Below, piece after piece: positions 26,535-40,511 of a DNA stretch of 64,000 nucleotides. The position numbers and the translations under genes were made by a program. Origin of the DNA: Eledone cirrhosa. Taxonomy: Eukaryota. Every line of letters starts with the position of its first letter. Position 1 is the first letter of the stretch. Where the stretch lies: contig OZ024746.1 of the NCBI GenBank assembly GCA_964016885.1, positions 22,382,001 through 22,446,000 of the forward strand, given 5' to 3'. The notes below the pieces were generated by a model. The model did not search any database and had not been told where the DNA came from. It saw only the letters and a list, made by a program, of their open reading frames with translations.

Positions 26535-29500
26535 GATGAACTTCCCAACCTCGCTACCATAAGAAGGAACAAAAACCCTAGAAATCATCTCCCCCAGAAT
26601 GACATTTACAACTTTCCCCCTTCAAGGAGACACCATACCAAATCACTCAACTACTATGCCTCATCGTCAAACAGGGAAAAGATACCACCACCATGATAGA
26701 TGTAACAACTTTCCCGCTTCAAGGGGACAGCAAGGTAATTTCCATTTTCTCAACTCTCGCTTCCACAATACACAACAAACCCACACCACACGATACAACC
26801 AACAACGTAGGCCACCTATAACACCACAATCCAACATGGCACATAGAAACACACATCCATACTCGCAATACTGGAACACCCCATTCAATCTACAACCACG
26901 AACCCGAACCACATTTTACAACAACAAGGAATATAACAAACACAGGAGACCACTTAACATCAGCAGACAACCCCTCTACCCCAACCATTTTTTAGACACA
27001 GTACACAGATACAGGCAAACAAAATAACACAAGACAGGGAGGAGAAACCGAGAGTAATAAAAATTATCAATCTAACTAGTGCAGAACCAACACCCAACCT
27101 TATCAACTTACTCTCCAAAGGTCTTAAATTCACACCGACCCCACTACGTCCTAACTACTATGAAATGAAGGAAGACATCACAGACATCTGTAGAAAGTTA
27201 CGACTCAGTGAAGAACTATTCGACCAGTACAATGAGGATGAATCATTAGCCAGAAATAGAAGCAATTACACCCCATCAAAAGGTAGAAATAAAATCCTGG
27301 ACGAATTCTGTGAACACATCACAAACTTCCCTTACCAACTCTTGCACAGACAAAAACACAAGCCAAACCTCAACAAGAAAGAATGGGAAGAATTAAATAG
27401 ATTAAAAACCGACAGAACCATTACAATTAAAGAGGCTGATAAAGGGAGTACAGTAGTCCTAATGGAGACAGAATTCTATATCAACTTACCGCTCTCCACT
27501 TTGGAAAACGAAACATACTACGAAAAGGCTGAACACTACAATCAACAGAAAATTATGAGAAACCTAAAAACTCTGATCAACCAATACAAAGAAGGACTCA
27601 CTAACAAGGAATTCAGCTTCATCACAGACTTCACAAGTAAATCCAGCCTTTTCTACGGTATCCCTAAAGTACATAAAAGCGAATTAATAAGTAAGGTATG
27701 CAAGGAAGCCACAGACATAGTCATCAATGTCCCCTCACCCAATGATCTCAAATTAAGACCTATAATAGCAGGCCCCACTTGCGAAACCCACCAAGACTTT
27801 TCTCAAACACATCAAAAGCTATATAAGGGACAACCTAGATATGTTCAATCACCTCCCTAATATTCCCCTTTCTGAACAAACCCGACTAGTGACGTTCGAT
27901 GTAGTCAACCTATACTCCAACATCCCCACAACCTAGGAATAGAAGCTATCCAATTCTGGCTGGATAACTTCCACAATGAACTCCCACAACGCATCAAAAA
28001 AGAATTCGTGATAGAGAGACTCAAATTTATCTTGGAGAACAATTACTTCGTTTTCAATAACAAACCCTACAGGCAGAAATCTGGGACCGCTATGGGAACG
28101 AAAACAGCCCCCACTTATGTCAACCTAGTCATGGGATACCTGGAAATCACCCTCTACACTAAAGTCCTAAACAAATTTGGAAACACTCTCCACTTACACA
28201 TAGAAAGGAACTGGAAGCGATATCTAGATGACTGCTTCATCCTTTGGCACGAAAACATCGAGAAACTTAAAGAATTTCACAGCCTTATAAATAGGCTCAA
28301 CACGAATATTAACTTCACGATGGAATACAGCCATCAACAACTCCCCTTCCTCGACATCCTCATTAAGATCCATAACAAAAAAAATAGAAACAGACATATA
28401 CTACAAGCCCACAGACTCCAAGCAATATCTTCCTTTCAACTCTTGCCACCCTAGACACGTTAAAATTAATATTCCCTACAACTTAGCCAAGAGAATCTGT
28501 ACTATAGTCTCCAATAAAAACACCTGCTACTTACGGCTACAAGAACTAAAGGACACATTCATAGGCAGGGACTACCCTGCATCACTAATTGACAATGGAA
28601 TCCAACGTGCCCTAAAACTCAGTACCCAGGACCTTAGACACCCTAAAGTAAATCAACCGAAACTAAAAGCTCTTCCATACATCTCCACACACAACCCCCT
28701 CAACAATTAGGCCTTTGACACCATCCTCCAGAACATCCCTGTGTTGAAAAAGGACCATAGAATGAACCAAATCCTACGAACACACGATATCATAAAGAGC
28801 AAAAGACAATCTAAGTCAATGAAAAACACCCTAACACATGCCAAAGTACTGCCAACCACAACAACGAAACCCACAGTAAAAAAATGCGATAGACCCAACT
28901 GTGGCATATGCATCAACCTAATAGAGGGTTCGGAATTCTATTTCAAAGAAGGACAACGTTTTATAGTAAAACACAATTTCACATGCCCATCAGAAAATCT
29001 AACATAAGTATTAACTTGGTCAGGTTGTCGAGAACAATACATAGGCCAAACCGAAAACAGCCTCCGCCAACGCATGATTGTCCATAGATCCCAAATTAAA
29101 ATACGGGAATACAGGAAAATACCACTGAGTGAACACATTGATACCTGTGCCGCCCCAAATCATCCCAACTTCAGAATCTTTCCCCTCTACAAATTTAAAG
29201 ATAATGCCACCCACACCCAGCGGGTCAGCAAGGAATCTCACTTTATTAACAAATACGGACCCCGTCTAAACACTTCTCTCTAAGACGAAACATACACACG
29301 TCAACATACATACCTACATCAGCATACATCTCTATCCACATATAAACACAATGACATACGTAAACACACATGTTCTATGGTGCAACACAAATATACACAA
29401 ATTTGCATACCTTTTGATGTCTATAGATATAAACGTACCGACACACACACATACATAAACGCACACATGCATTGCACACTGATGGGCACATACATATTTG

Positions 29501-29816
29501 TACACAAGTATTCCAATACGGCAAGGCCTAATGGATTCCCCTTGCAGTACGTACAATCTGGACACTCACACACACCTTGGTATTATGCCAATACTATATA
29601 TCATTTCACACCTTTTATTATTAAGGTTTTTGATGTTCTATTGAGAGAATCGTTTTTACTGAAAATATCGAATAATGTACACCATTTTTACCAGTATCAC
29701 AAAAATACTGGTCCACCCACACACACACACATTCTCACAAACACACACACATATATACACACACACATATATATACACACACACACATACACACGCGTAC
29801 ATTAACATACAAAGAG

Positions 29817-29854
<38 letters not shown>

Positions 29855-29979
29855 ACACACACACATACACTTCTCCGTATAAGACAAGAGCTGAAAAATA
29901 TCTTTTAACATGTTAAAATATCCCCCACACACGTACAGACACATTCCTACTGACCATCCCTCTACCACGAATTACTCTG

Positions 29980-30018
<39 letters not shown>

Positions 30019-30530
30019 TCTTAATAGGCATTTGAACTGTCAACAGGCTGCGGTTCGCACACACATCCCTGCTGACCATTATCACAACAACGAACCTCTT
30101 TACTACTACTACACACACACACACATATTTGTTTTGAAAAACTTATTTTTCAGTGACTTCTCAATCAGCCGACACAAACCTACATTTGGCGCAAAATCAA
30201 TTTTTAACATTCACATGACTTCTTCCGACCAATCAAAATTGTTTTGACCACAAGAATTTTTGCAACACGAATTGGCGCGAAACTTATTTTAATACATCTG
30301 AAGCCACTTTTTTCACATAAAACAGGTAGAATTTCCAAAACTAATCAGATTAGAGCAAACATCACGGGCGGTCTATCTCAAAATTATTTTTGAAAAGCAT
30401 TAGAAATGCGCAACCGGTAAAACTTAAAACCAAAACTGAATACTAACCAATACTATTACTAATTTTTACTTATTCCTAATTAAACTATTTTTCATTGGGA
30501 ACAATTTGTCAGCATTTTCTTTTCCGTTTA

Positions 30531-30535
<5 letters not shown>
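26535..30535 (+). mobile_element. Penelope-like retroelement (Neptune-like), near full length but decayed, inserted in (TA)n
   Basis: Motifs in order: LLSKGLKFTPTP, EADKGSTVV, FYGIPKVHKS, LRPIIAG, FDVVNLYSNIP, GTAMGTKTAP, RYLDDCF, LPFLDILI, SCHP, a CxxxxCxxC linker, then GIY-YIG (NLT*VLTWSGCREQYIGQT...RQRMIVHRS) ending GPRLN. The right boundary beyond 29283 is inferred. Confidence 0.92.
27050..29283 (+). pseudogene. PLE RT plus GIY-YIG endonuclease ORF, broken by frameshifts, stops and a short deletion
   Basis: ORF pieces 27165-27860, 28008-28454, 28741-29007 and 29074-29283 join into one PLE protein. Confidence 0.9.
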
Positions 30536-30595
<60 letters not shown>

Positions 30596-30627
30596 ATACT
30601 TTGGGAGGGTCATGCTGCCAATAAGAA

Positions 30628-30725
<98 letters not shown>

Positions 30726-30897
30726 GTATATATGATAATAATAGGCTGCCCATTGCAAATGGTTGGGCATATGAAAAAGTAAGTCTTTCATCAGTGACCC
30801 TCCAACCGTCCCAGGCATTTCATCGCTTTAAGGGCCATATGCCTCGGGTTGGTGCGAACAACGGCTATATATATATATATATATGTACATATATATG

Positions 30898-30928
<31 letters not shown>

Positions 30929-30947
30929 GTGTGCACATGTATATATG

Positions 30948-31022
<75 letters not shown>

Positions 31023-31120
31023 CGTTTCTGAATTTGTTTAGCAAGATTCTTTATCTTATTTGATATATATTTATCCTTATCAAGCCCTCTTTGGATTTTA
31101 GTCTTCAAATTTATTACTAT

Positions 31121-31200
<80 letters not shown>

Positions 31201-33805
31201 ATATATATATATGTATATATGTGTGTGTGTGTGTGATACCCCCCACACAGTAAATATTATATGGGTTCTCTTTCACTTTATACCTCTTTGACCAAGTAAT
31301 ATCTATAAAAACTTCAGACAGACATCAGTTAATTATTGTCCCTCAATTTGCCATGTCTACCAGGATACACCAATTCCCAGTTCAGGAAATAGGCCAAACA
31401 CACCAGTCTCAAAGTAGTAACATCAAAGTTACACTATAACCCCCCACCCACATCACCCCCATAAACCTGTCTTAATTTATCACAAACATCCACACCACAC
31501 CATGACTACCACTTACTTGTTTTTCTCTTACATACAAGATAAAAGCTGTTGTTTATGTGCCAGAGAAATTATTGAATAATTTTTTTAGTTATTTATTTTA
31601 TTATTGAAGCTTTGGTTATAAAAAAATGATGATAAGCAAGCTGCTACTCAAACTACAACAATGTATTCTAGATATTATGATGTTATAGAGATATATTAAA
31701 CAATGGTATGCTTAATACAACTGAATATACAATATAGATATATTGATCAAATTAGTAAATGTAAAATATAAGATGTACCAATTTATATCCTGTTAATATG
31801 GGCAGCAACTGTTCTAGATTTACAAATGAACTAATTTATAAATATCTACACAATAAACGCACTAAGTACACACTGTAAAGTGGTTGGCAATAGGAAGGAA
31901 ATTCACCCATAGAAAGCTTGCCAGAAAAAGGGTCGGGAGAACACTTCAATCATGTTATGAACATGACAACCTCCCTAGTGTTGGTTATTTATGTGATAAA
32001 TGCTCCCAGTACACACTATAAAGTGATTGGTGATAGGAAGGGCATCCAGCTGACGAAATCTTGCCAAATAAAGGGTTGGGAAGACCCTCAGTTATATCAA
32101 AGTTACGACAACCTCTCCTGGGCACTCAGTGGAATGTGAGACCATACATAAGCAAGACACAGTTCCCTGACCTGCCTGGGAGATCAGTGGCTCCATTTCA
32201 GTACTGACAAGGTCTGTATGGACCAGTCCAACCCTTTCTAACAGGGAAAGCGGATGTTAACATGTTGATGATGATGATGATATTCAAATATAGCTATGAA
32301 ATATGATATTTTTGTCAAAAATTTAGAATATTATAATTATTACAAAATACATTTCTTTTAGGGTGCAGTGGGTCACCTCTGTTTTGGGGGTGCAGTGGGT
32401 CACCTCTGCTTTTTGGGGTGCAGTATACCACTTCTGTTTTGGGGGTGCAGTGAGTCACCTCTGTTTTAGAGGTTGACATGGATTGATGCTGGAATCTCAG
32501 GATTGTTCTATGGATAGGCCTATATGCACTATAGGTTACTTGTGAGCAGGTGTTAGGTGTCTCAATTGTTCTCTATCCCAGGGCCCCCAGCTGCTCTAAT
32601 CCAGCCCTGTCATTCGGTTTCACCTCTGTTTTAGAGATTATCATGTATCCCATCATAGTTCAATGTGTAGAGCTACATCATGTACTTTTCATATAAAGTT
32701 TCTTGAAAGCAGGTGCTAGGAGCCTTAAATGTTCCCTAGGTCAAGGTCTCTAGTTGCATTTATCTGGCCCTAAATATGGGATATGGAATTTTATACCATT
32801 GAGTTTTTCCTTTAGGTCAGCAATTCCAAAAACATATTCTATTGTGGAATCCTTATATGATTTTCCAAAAGTTATGGAACCCATACTTACATTTTACAGA
32901 CAATCCTCACTAATCTAATTTCAATAAAATATATATCCTGGTAGTAGAATAGGTGCACTGTATCCCTGCATGTTGTATGAGACAACTAAATGTGTTGGCA
33001 TCAGGAAATGCATTTGGGATGTGGTTGTAAAACATTGTCTCAAAACATCTTATCCAACACATACCAGCATAGAAGATCAGACATAAAAGTGATGGGGTTT
33101 AAATGAAACAAAATTGTTTTAGAGTGAATTAATTCATATAAAGCTGGAGGCACACAGCCTTGTGGTAAGTGTATTGGACTAACAATTATAATGTCATGAT
33201 CTCAATTCCTGGACTGGGTTGTATGTTGGGTTCTTGAGCAAAACACTTCATTTCACATTGCTCCAGTATATTCAACTGAAAATGAGTACCAGCTGTAGCT
33301 AGGAGTTTAGCCCTGCTATGGACTGGCATCCTATCCAGGTGGGGAGGGGGAGTCTTGTACTCTCAGACTCTTCATGCCATGGAAACCAGGATAAGTACCT
33401 GCCTGATGAGCTTTAAGGCTCTAGACAGACTTTAGACGTTTATTTTAGGCATTTATATGAATAAAGCATATCTTTAAATTTGGTATTAAATTTAATTAGA
33501 AGACAGTTATTTTGTTGAACCTACTTTTGGAAATATCGATCTAGGTGTGGCTGTTTGGTAGGTTCAGTTATGGCTCTGTAGTTGAGTGTCTATTGTTGTA
33601 GTGTTGACAATTAATAAGTCCTCATTAATTGTGAATTGGAAAATGTTTAATGCAACAATTACACTGGTTTTCAACTATTTCCCAGACATATACCATCAGC
33701 TGTTGGATGATGATAATGATGGTGGTGGTGGTGGTGGTGGTGGTGGTGGTGGTGGTGGTCTGAGAGTTGATTTGATATGAAAGAGGTCTGATCTGTCTGT
33801 CTATC

Positions 33806-33891
<86 letters not shown>

Positions 33892-34299
33892 TCTCTCTAT
33901 CTGTCTATTTATCTGCCACTCTAATCTGTCTGTCAGTCTGTCTTTCTGTTGGTTTATCTGTGTATCTATCTGTCTGTCTGTCTATCTATCTCTCTGTCTA
34001 TCTGCACATTTTTTTTTCGGGGGTGTGTGTGACCCCAAAACGATCCCTCCCTATTGAGGACCTTCTTGTTACAATTTTATTTATTACATTTTTCTTACTC
34101 GATTTATATGTACCCCCCCCCCCCCCCTGTACATGTCCCTTTCTTTTGTGCCCTCGTGGCAAATAAACAGAAATTTGTCTGTCTATCTGTCTGTCTGTCT
34201 GTCTGTCTATCTGTCTGTCTGTCTATCTGCCTATCTAGTTGTTTGCATCTGTCTGTCTGTCTGTCTGTCTGGTCTATTTATCTATCTGTCTGTCTCTCT

Positions 34300-34483
34300 G
34301 GATTGGCAGTACCGGTAGAGGGTCGGACGCCATGCTTTGACGCAAAGAGTTACGGCCCTTGCCATTCTGAGTTCAAATCCCGCCGAGGTTGAATTTGCCT
34401 TTCATCCTTACGGGGTCGATAAAATAAAGTACCAGTAATGTACTGGGTAGTTACTGGCCTTGTGCCTAAAGTAGAAACAATTA
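34300..34483 (+). mobile_element. Family M SINE
   Basis: ggattggcagtaccggtagagggtcggac head, gagttcaaatccc B-box and the family central domain. Confidence 0.82.
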
Positions 34484-34594
34484 ATATCTCGCCAGTTACC
34501 TCTTTTCATACACACATACAAACACATCAACATCATCATCATCATTATCATTATCGTGTGTATGTGTGTAAGAAAGAGTATGCCTATGTGTAGT

Positions 34595-36145
34595 TGTATG
34601 TGTGTGTGTGTGTGCATGTGTGTGTGTGCATGCGTATGTGTGTGTGCATGTGTGTGTGTGTGCATATGTGTGTGTGCATGTGTGTTTGCATGTGTGTGTG
34701 TGCATGTGTGTGTGTGCGTGCATGTATGTGTGTGTGTGCATGTGTGTGTGCGTGCATGTATGTGTGTGTGTGCATGTGCGTGTGCATGTGTGTGTGTGTG
34801 CGTGCATGTATGTGTGTGTGTGCATGTGTGTGTGCATGTGTGTGTGTGCATGTGTGTGTGTGCATGTGTGTGTGTGCATGTGTGAATGCATGTGTGTGTG
34901 TGTGGACACATCTTTTCAAAGCAACTTCTAACTGTAGAGATGCTATTTCTCATGTCATTCAGTGTATTATTACCATCAATGACATTCCACCCCCACCCTT
35001 CACTACCACCACCAACACCACCACAACACCCCACCACCACCAACACCACTGCCACCCCACCACAACAACACCCCACCACCACCAACACCAATGTCACTGT
35101 CACCACCACAACACCCCACCACCACCACCACTACTGCCACCGTCACCACCACAACACCCCACCACCACCACCACCAACACCACTGCCACCGTCACCACCG
35201 CAACACCCCACCACCACCACCAACACCACTGCCACCGTCACCACCACAACACCCCACCACCAGCACCAACACCACTGCCACCGTCACCACCACAACACCC
35301 CACCACCACCAACACCACTGCCACCGTCACCACCACAACACCCCACCACACCAACACCACTTCCAGCACTATTACCAACAACACTACCACCACCACCACC
35401 AACACCACTGCCACTACCACCACCACCACTGCTACTATCACCACCACTACCACTACCATCTCCACCACCACCACCACCACCACTGCCACTACCACCACCA
35501 CCACTGCTACTACCACCACCACCACTACCACCACCACCACCACCATCACCACTACTGCCACTACCACCTCCACTACCACCACCACTGCCACTACCACTAC
35601 CACCACTGCTACTACCACCACCATCACCACCACTGCCACTACCACCTCCACTACCACCACCACTGCCACTACCACTACCACCACTGCTACTACCACCACC
35701 ACTACCACCACCATCACCACTACCACCACCATCACCACCACTGCCACTACCACCACCACTGCCACTACCACTACCACTACCACTACCACCACTGCTACTA
35801 CCACCACCACTACCACCACCATCACCACTACCACCACCATCACCACCACTGCCACTACCACCACCACTACCACCACCACTACCACCACCATCACCACTAC
35901 CACCACCATCACCACCACTGCCACTACCACCACCACTGCCCACTACCACTACCACCACCACTACCACCACCACCACTACTACCACCACTACCACCACCAT
36001 CACCACTACCACCACCATCACCACCACTGCCACTACCACCACCACTGCCACTACCACTACCACCACCACTACCACCACCACCACTACTACCACCACTACC
36101 ACCACCATCACCACTACCACCACCATCACCACCACTGCCACTACC
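34595..36145. repeat. (TG/TGCA)n followed by a long (CAC/TAC)n compound repeat
   Basis: Directly visible; accounts for the spurious 300-500 aa ORFs. Confidence 0.95.
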
Positions 36146-37249
36146 TATAATATTCTGATCAATATAATGTAGAGGTTAATAAATCCATTGTGTTTTTTGT
36201 TTTTACTTAGACAGGTTGAGTGTGACAGTTCTGTTGGAATTCACTTCAGTTCAGTCAAGACAACTATATAGCCTTGGGACATCAAGTACACTTATGGAGA
36301 AATATTGAGTACTTTTATATTTTTTTTTTTATTCATCCACACACACACAGAAACAAATACAAACATGCACACACACACACACATAGGATTGTGCACAAAG
36401 CTGGTAAGTAGATCAAGGACAGATGTAAAATGTAGGCTCCTACAGCTGGTAACAAGCCCAGGCCTTTCGTAGCATTTCTGCACCATCAAAACTCATAATA
36501 GGCCCAGGCCAGAAGTGAAATGTAAGCCTCTAAATGTGGCAATTGGCTCAGGCTAAGTGTAAAATGTTTACCCCTCTCACAGCTGGCAACAGGCCCAGGT
36601 TACATGTAAAAATGTAGCTCCCCTCCCCCAACAAAAATACAAAACCATGTTTATAGGATATTATCCCTTTTTTGTATATTTGTATATTTGTATACAGAAC
36701 GAATATAGAGTTTGAGAGAACTCTTCAGTTTGATGGCCATGAATATGACAAACTCTTTAGTGCTGGTTCTCTGATAAAATGCACCTAATGCACACACCTA
36801 TAAAGTGTTAGTGTTGGTGCCATGATGAAATGCACCCAGTACACTCTGTAAGAGTGTTGGCATTGGGAAGGGCATCCAGCCATGGAAACCATGGCAACTA
36901 TGCCAAATGTAGAACATATAAGCAAGAAGGGGTCAAGTGGAAAGTGAACACAAAATGAGGATGATGGTGATGATCAACATCATAATGTTTACATATATAA
37001 TTTTTTTTTAAATTATTATTTTGAGAAATTGTTTTGAAATTGTTCAATTCTGCAAACGTCTGTCATAGTGATATTATTATAAAAATATTTATGTAAATAT
37101 TTTACTTGTTTTCCTATGTAAAGATTATTATTAAAGAAAACATGTCATGTTCCTATAATTTAGATTCTCAAGTGAACTATTGTTGATATTGTATGACCTT
37201 TGATAACCATATTTAGCTATTGCTACTACCACCACCATCACTGCCATCT

Positions 37250-37856
37250 CACACTGGCATCATATAACCGTCCTTTCCTAGGCAGGGAGAAACCCTTCTT
37301 TGTCAACAGAGGACGCAGCTCCCTAAACTTCTTCCAACCTGTCCTTATTCTAGATATTATGGCCTCAGAACACCCCCTCCCATGCTAATCTGATCACCTA
37401 GGTACCAGAAGCTATCAACCAATTCTATAGAACCCACCTGCATTTGAAAAATGTGTCTATCACTGCGATTACTACTGTCAAATTTCCCTGTACATCTACT
37501 GCATACGTAGTTTTCCCTACATGTTAGTTTGCTTGCTATCCCACTACATCTCTTGTGTACCCAAGATTTGCATTGTGAACATTTTATAGAATTTATGCCA
37601 GTTCCTTTTCCATATCAAACATGGCCATTTCCCTGATGGAATCAGAGTTTTGTCCTCTTTTCTACTTATCAACACTTTTGTCTTAGCTATGTTCACTCCC
37701 AGTCCTCTTGATTCCAACTGCTGTTTCCATAGCCAGAATTTCTTCTCTAGCTCCTCTACTGATTCTGCTATAAGAACCAGATCATCAGCATAGAGAAGTT
37801 CCCATGGGCAGCCAGTCTTAAACTCCTCTGTTATGGCTTGGAGGACTATAATGAAC
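37250..37856 (-). mobile_element. RTE LINE RT fragment, with an oppositely oriented C-terminal piece at about 37965-38045
   Basis: Translation ELLYADDLVLIAES...GLGVNIAKTKVL...GKWPC; same family as 56848-57700. Confidence 0.88.
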
Positions 37857-38046
37857 ATACATATATATATGTATGCATATATATATCATCATCATAATAA
37901 AAAAACATATGCATTGAAACTTCTAACTTCTTCTAGGTTAATTTTCAATATATATATATATATGGCATGGAAATGTGATGTGACAGATGAAGATCGGTGG
38001 GTGAAGAAATGTCAAGTAATCCTAGTGGAAAGGAAGCGCAGTAGTG

Positions 38047-38112
<66 letters not shown>

Positions 38113-38144
38113 TGAACAAAAGATGGTTAAAGGAGTTCCATGTA

Positions 38145-38211
38145 TTTTATTATGCGCATTTCAAAAACAAATATCATCATGCAATAATATTTGTGTTTTC
38201 ATCAGATAAAA
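38145..38211 (-). ncRNA. Minimal type I hammerhead ribozyme (PLE/retrozyme type)
   Basis: Minus strand: ttttat CTGATGA aaacacaaatattat-tgcatg-atgatatttgttttt GAAA tgcgca TA ataaaa; 6-bp stem I, about 14-bp stem II, palindromic stem III. Confidence 0.8.
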
Positions 38212-38418
38212 CAGGAGGACATGATATGAAGGCTAAAAAACACTTGTGGATAGTTCAGTTTTAAATCAACATTTTTGAAATGCGCATAATAAAATACATG
38301 GAACTCCTTTAACCATCTTTTGTTCTTATATATTATGTATGCTCCAGTCCCACAAACTGTAGAGTGCTTCTTATCCGATATCTGCATTGCTTTATTGTAC
38401 TACAATAAAACTCACTCC

Positions 38419-38473
<55 letters not shown>

Positions 38474-38620
38474 GTTATATAGAAACTTGATAGTTTTATG
38501 ACCTTAACTGAAGTTGATAGTAGTATTTTGACTGCTTGATATTCATATGAGGGAATAAACTCTGGAAGTGAACATCGGTAATTTTCTCCCTCATATCAAG
38601 AATTTGAAGACAATTCATTT

Positions 38621-38694
38621 TCACCTGATGAGATCAGTGATAATTGATCATGGCTTCACGATCAATCAATCTCTTATTGAAACATGTGTCGTGA
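38621..38694 (+). ncRNA. Minimal type I hammerhead ribozyme
   Basis: tcac CTGATGA gat...attgatc-atggcttcac-gatcaat...att GAAA catgtg TC gtga; GUC cleavage triplet. Confidence 0.7.
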
Positions 38695-38737
38695 TTAAAA
38701 TGATTGGAAATTTTACCTTGCCTTCGGATTTTCATTT

Positions 38738-38796
<59 letters not shown>

Positions 38797-38807
38797 TGTG
38801 TGTGTGT

Positions 38808-38843
<36 letters not shown>

Positions 38844-39136
38844 TGAGGACCACTACATGGGATGTTGCAGAGTGCACATATTAATGAGGGTATATAGAGG
38901 CCAGTTACTAGTATACATATATATATATATATATATGAGGTTGTCAGTTCAATTCCTGGACCAAGCGATGCGTTATGTCCTTGAGCAAGACACTTTATTT
39001 CACGTTGATCCGTCTACCTGGAGTTGCGACTGATAGATAGTATTAGCAATTGGAAAGAACAACGGAAATATTGTTTCCTCGGTCCGGTTTGACGAAAGTC
39101 GATCAACAAATTTTTTTTTTTTATATATATATATAT

Positions 39137-39480
39137 GGAGGCATATGGCTTAGTGGTTAGAGCATTGGCCTTGCAATCGAAAGGTTGTGAGTTCAATTCT
39201 CAGACCGGGTGATGTGTTGTTTCCTTGAGCAAGACACTTTATCTCACATTGCTCCAGTTTACTCAGCTGTAGAAATGAGATGATAGGGACTGGGGTCCAT
39301 ATCATTCCACTGCAAAGTGGTCGTGGAGGTAACACGGCAAAAAAGCACCCAGCACTCACTGTAAATGAGGTTGATGTTAGGAAGGGCATCCAGCTGTAGA
39401 AATCAAGCCAGAATCAGTTCCCATCCCACCCTTGCAAACAGGGAAAAAGCGGACGTAAAATGAAATGAGGATGATGATGA
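39137..39480 (+). mobile_element. Family A SINE (full length), followed by family M SINEs at 39491-39679 (minus) and 39732-39860 (plus)
   Basis: ggaggcatatggcttagtggttagagc tRNA-like head, core domain, RTE tail ending gatgatga. Confidence 0.88.
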
Positions 39481-40322
39481 TATATACATATAATTGTTTC
39501 TACTTTTGGCACAAAGCCAGCAATTATCCTAGTGTATTACTGGTACTTTATTTTATCGACCCCATAAGGATGAAAGGCAAAGTCAACCTCGGCGGGATTT
39601 GAACTCAGACCGTAAAGGGACGTAACTATGCTAGAAAGCATGGCGTCCGACCCTCTACCGATACTGCCAATCCACCGCCTATAATGATGTGTGTATAGTA
39701 GAAGATGGTGCATGCATCGTTATCAACATCATTCTGAGTTCAAATCCCACCGAGGTTAACTTTGCCTTTTATCCTTACGGGGGGTCGGTCGTTAAAATAT
39801 AACACCAGTAATACACTGGAATAATTGCTGGCCCCTTGTGCCAAAAGTAGAAACAATTATTTTTCAGCCTCTTTCCCTGCTGCCATGGGTGGGACATGTC
39901 ATTATGGTACAGACCTCAACTATTTTATCTTAGCACCAGCAATATCACTTTACAGAATGTACTGGGTGTATTTTATCATAGCACATGTCACTACTGCTTA
40001 TATATTCTACTATACAGTAGGTAATATATAGTAAAATTAACTAGTATTTCTTAAATGGCTGTTAATGTGTGTAATATATAGTAAAATTAACTAGTATTTC
40101 TTAAATGGCTGTTAATGTGTGTTTATTGAAATGTCAATAGATGGCTGAGAGTGGAATAGATTTGTGAAACCAGAGTTGGTATCAGGAATATTTGGAGATG
40201 ACAGGTTGTGATGAATTCAGCTTTCTTGGCTTGTATTGTGTTCCTCCTCTTTGCTAGAAGAAATATGAGAGACAACAACGATGCTGGTGATGGTGATGGT
40301 GATGGTGGTGTTTCACAGATTG

Positions 40323-40354
<32 letters not shown>

Positions 40355-40464
40355 CACTATCCCCACTTCTACTACTGCCCCCACTAATACCACCACCACC
40401 ACCACCACCACCACTAATACTACCATCCGCACCATTACTACTACTACTACTACTACTGCTACTG

Positions 40465-40511
<47 letters not shown>

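Noticed and set aside
28990-29010. Selenocysteine-type recoding in the PLE endonuclease, as reported for Naiad PLEs
   Set aside because: The in-frame stop is TAA at a Tyr position, the endonuclease is C-terminal and the ORF has other lesions
34594-36172. 518, 428 and 355 aa Thr/Pro/His-rich ORFs resembling mucin or extensin
   Set aside because: Open in all frames and on both strands because they are (CAC/TAC)n repeats; no splice or domain evidence
39137-39210. tRNA gene
   Set aside because: tRNA-like A/B boxes form the head of a multi-copy SINE; no proper acceptor stem or terminator
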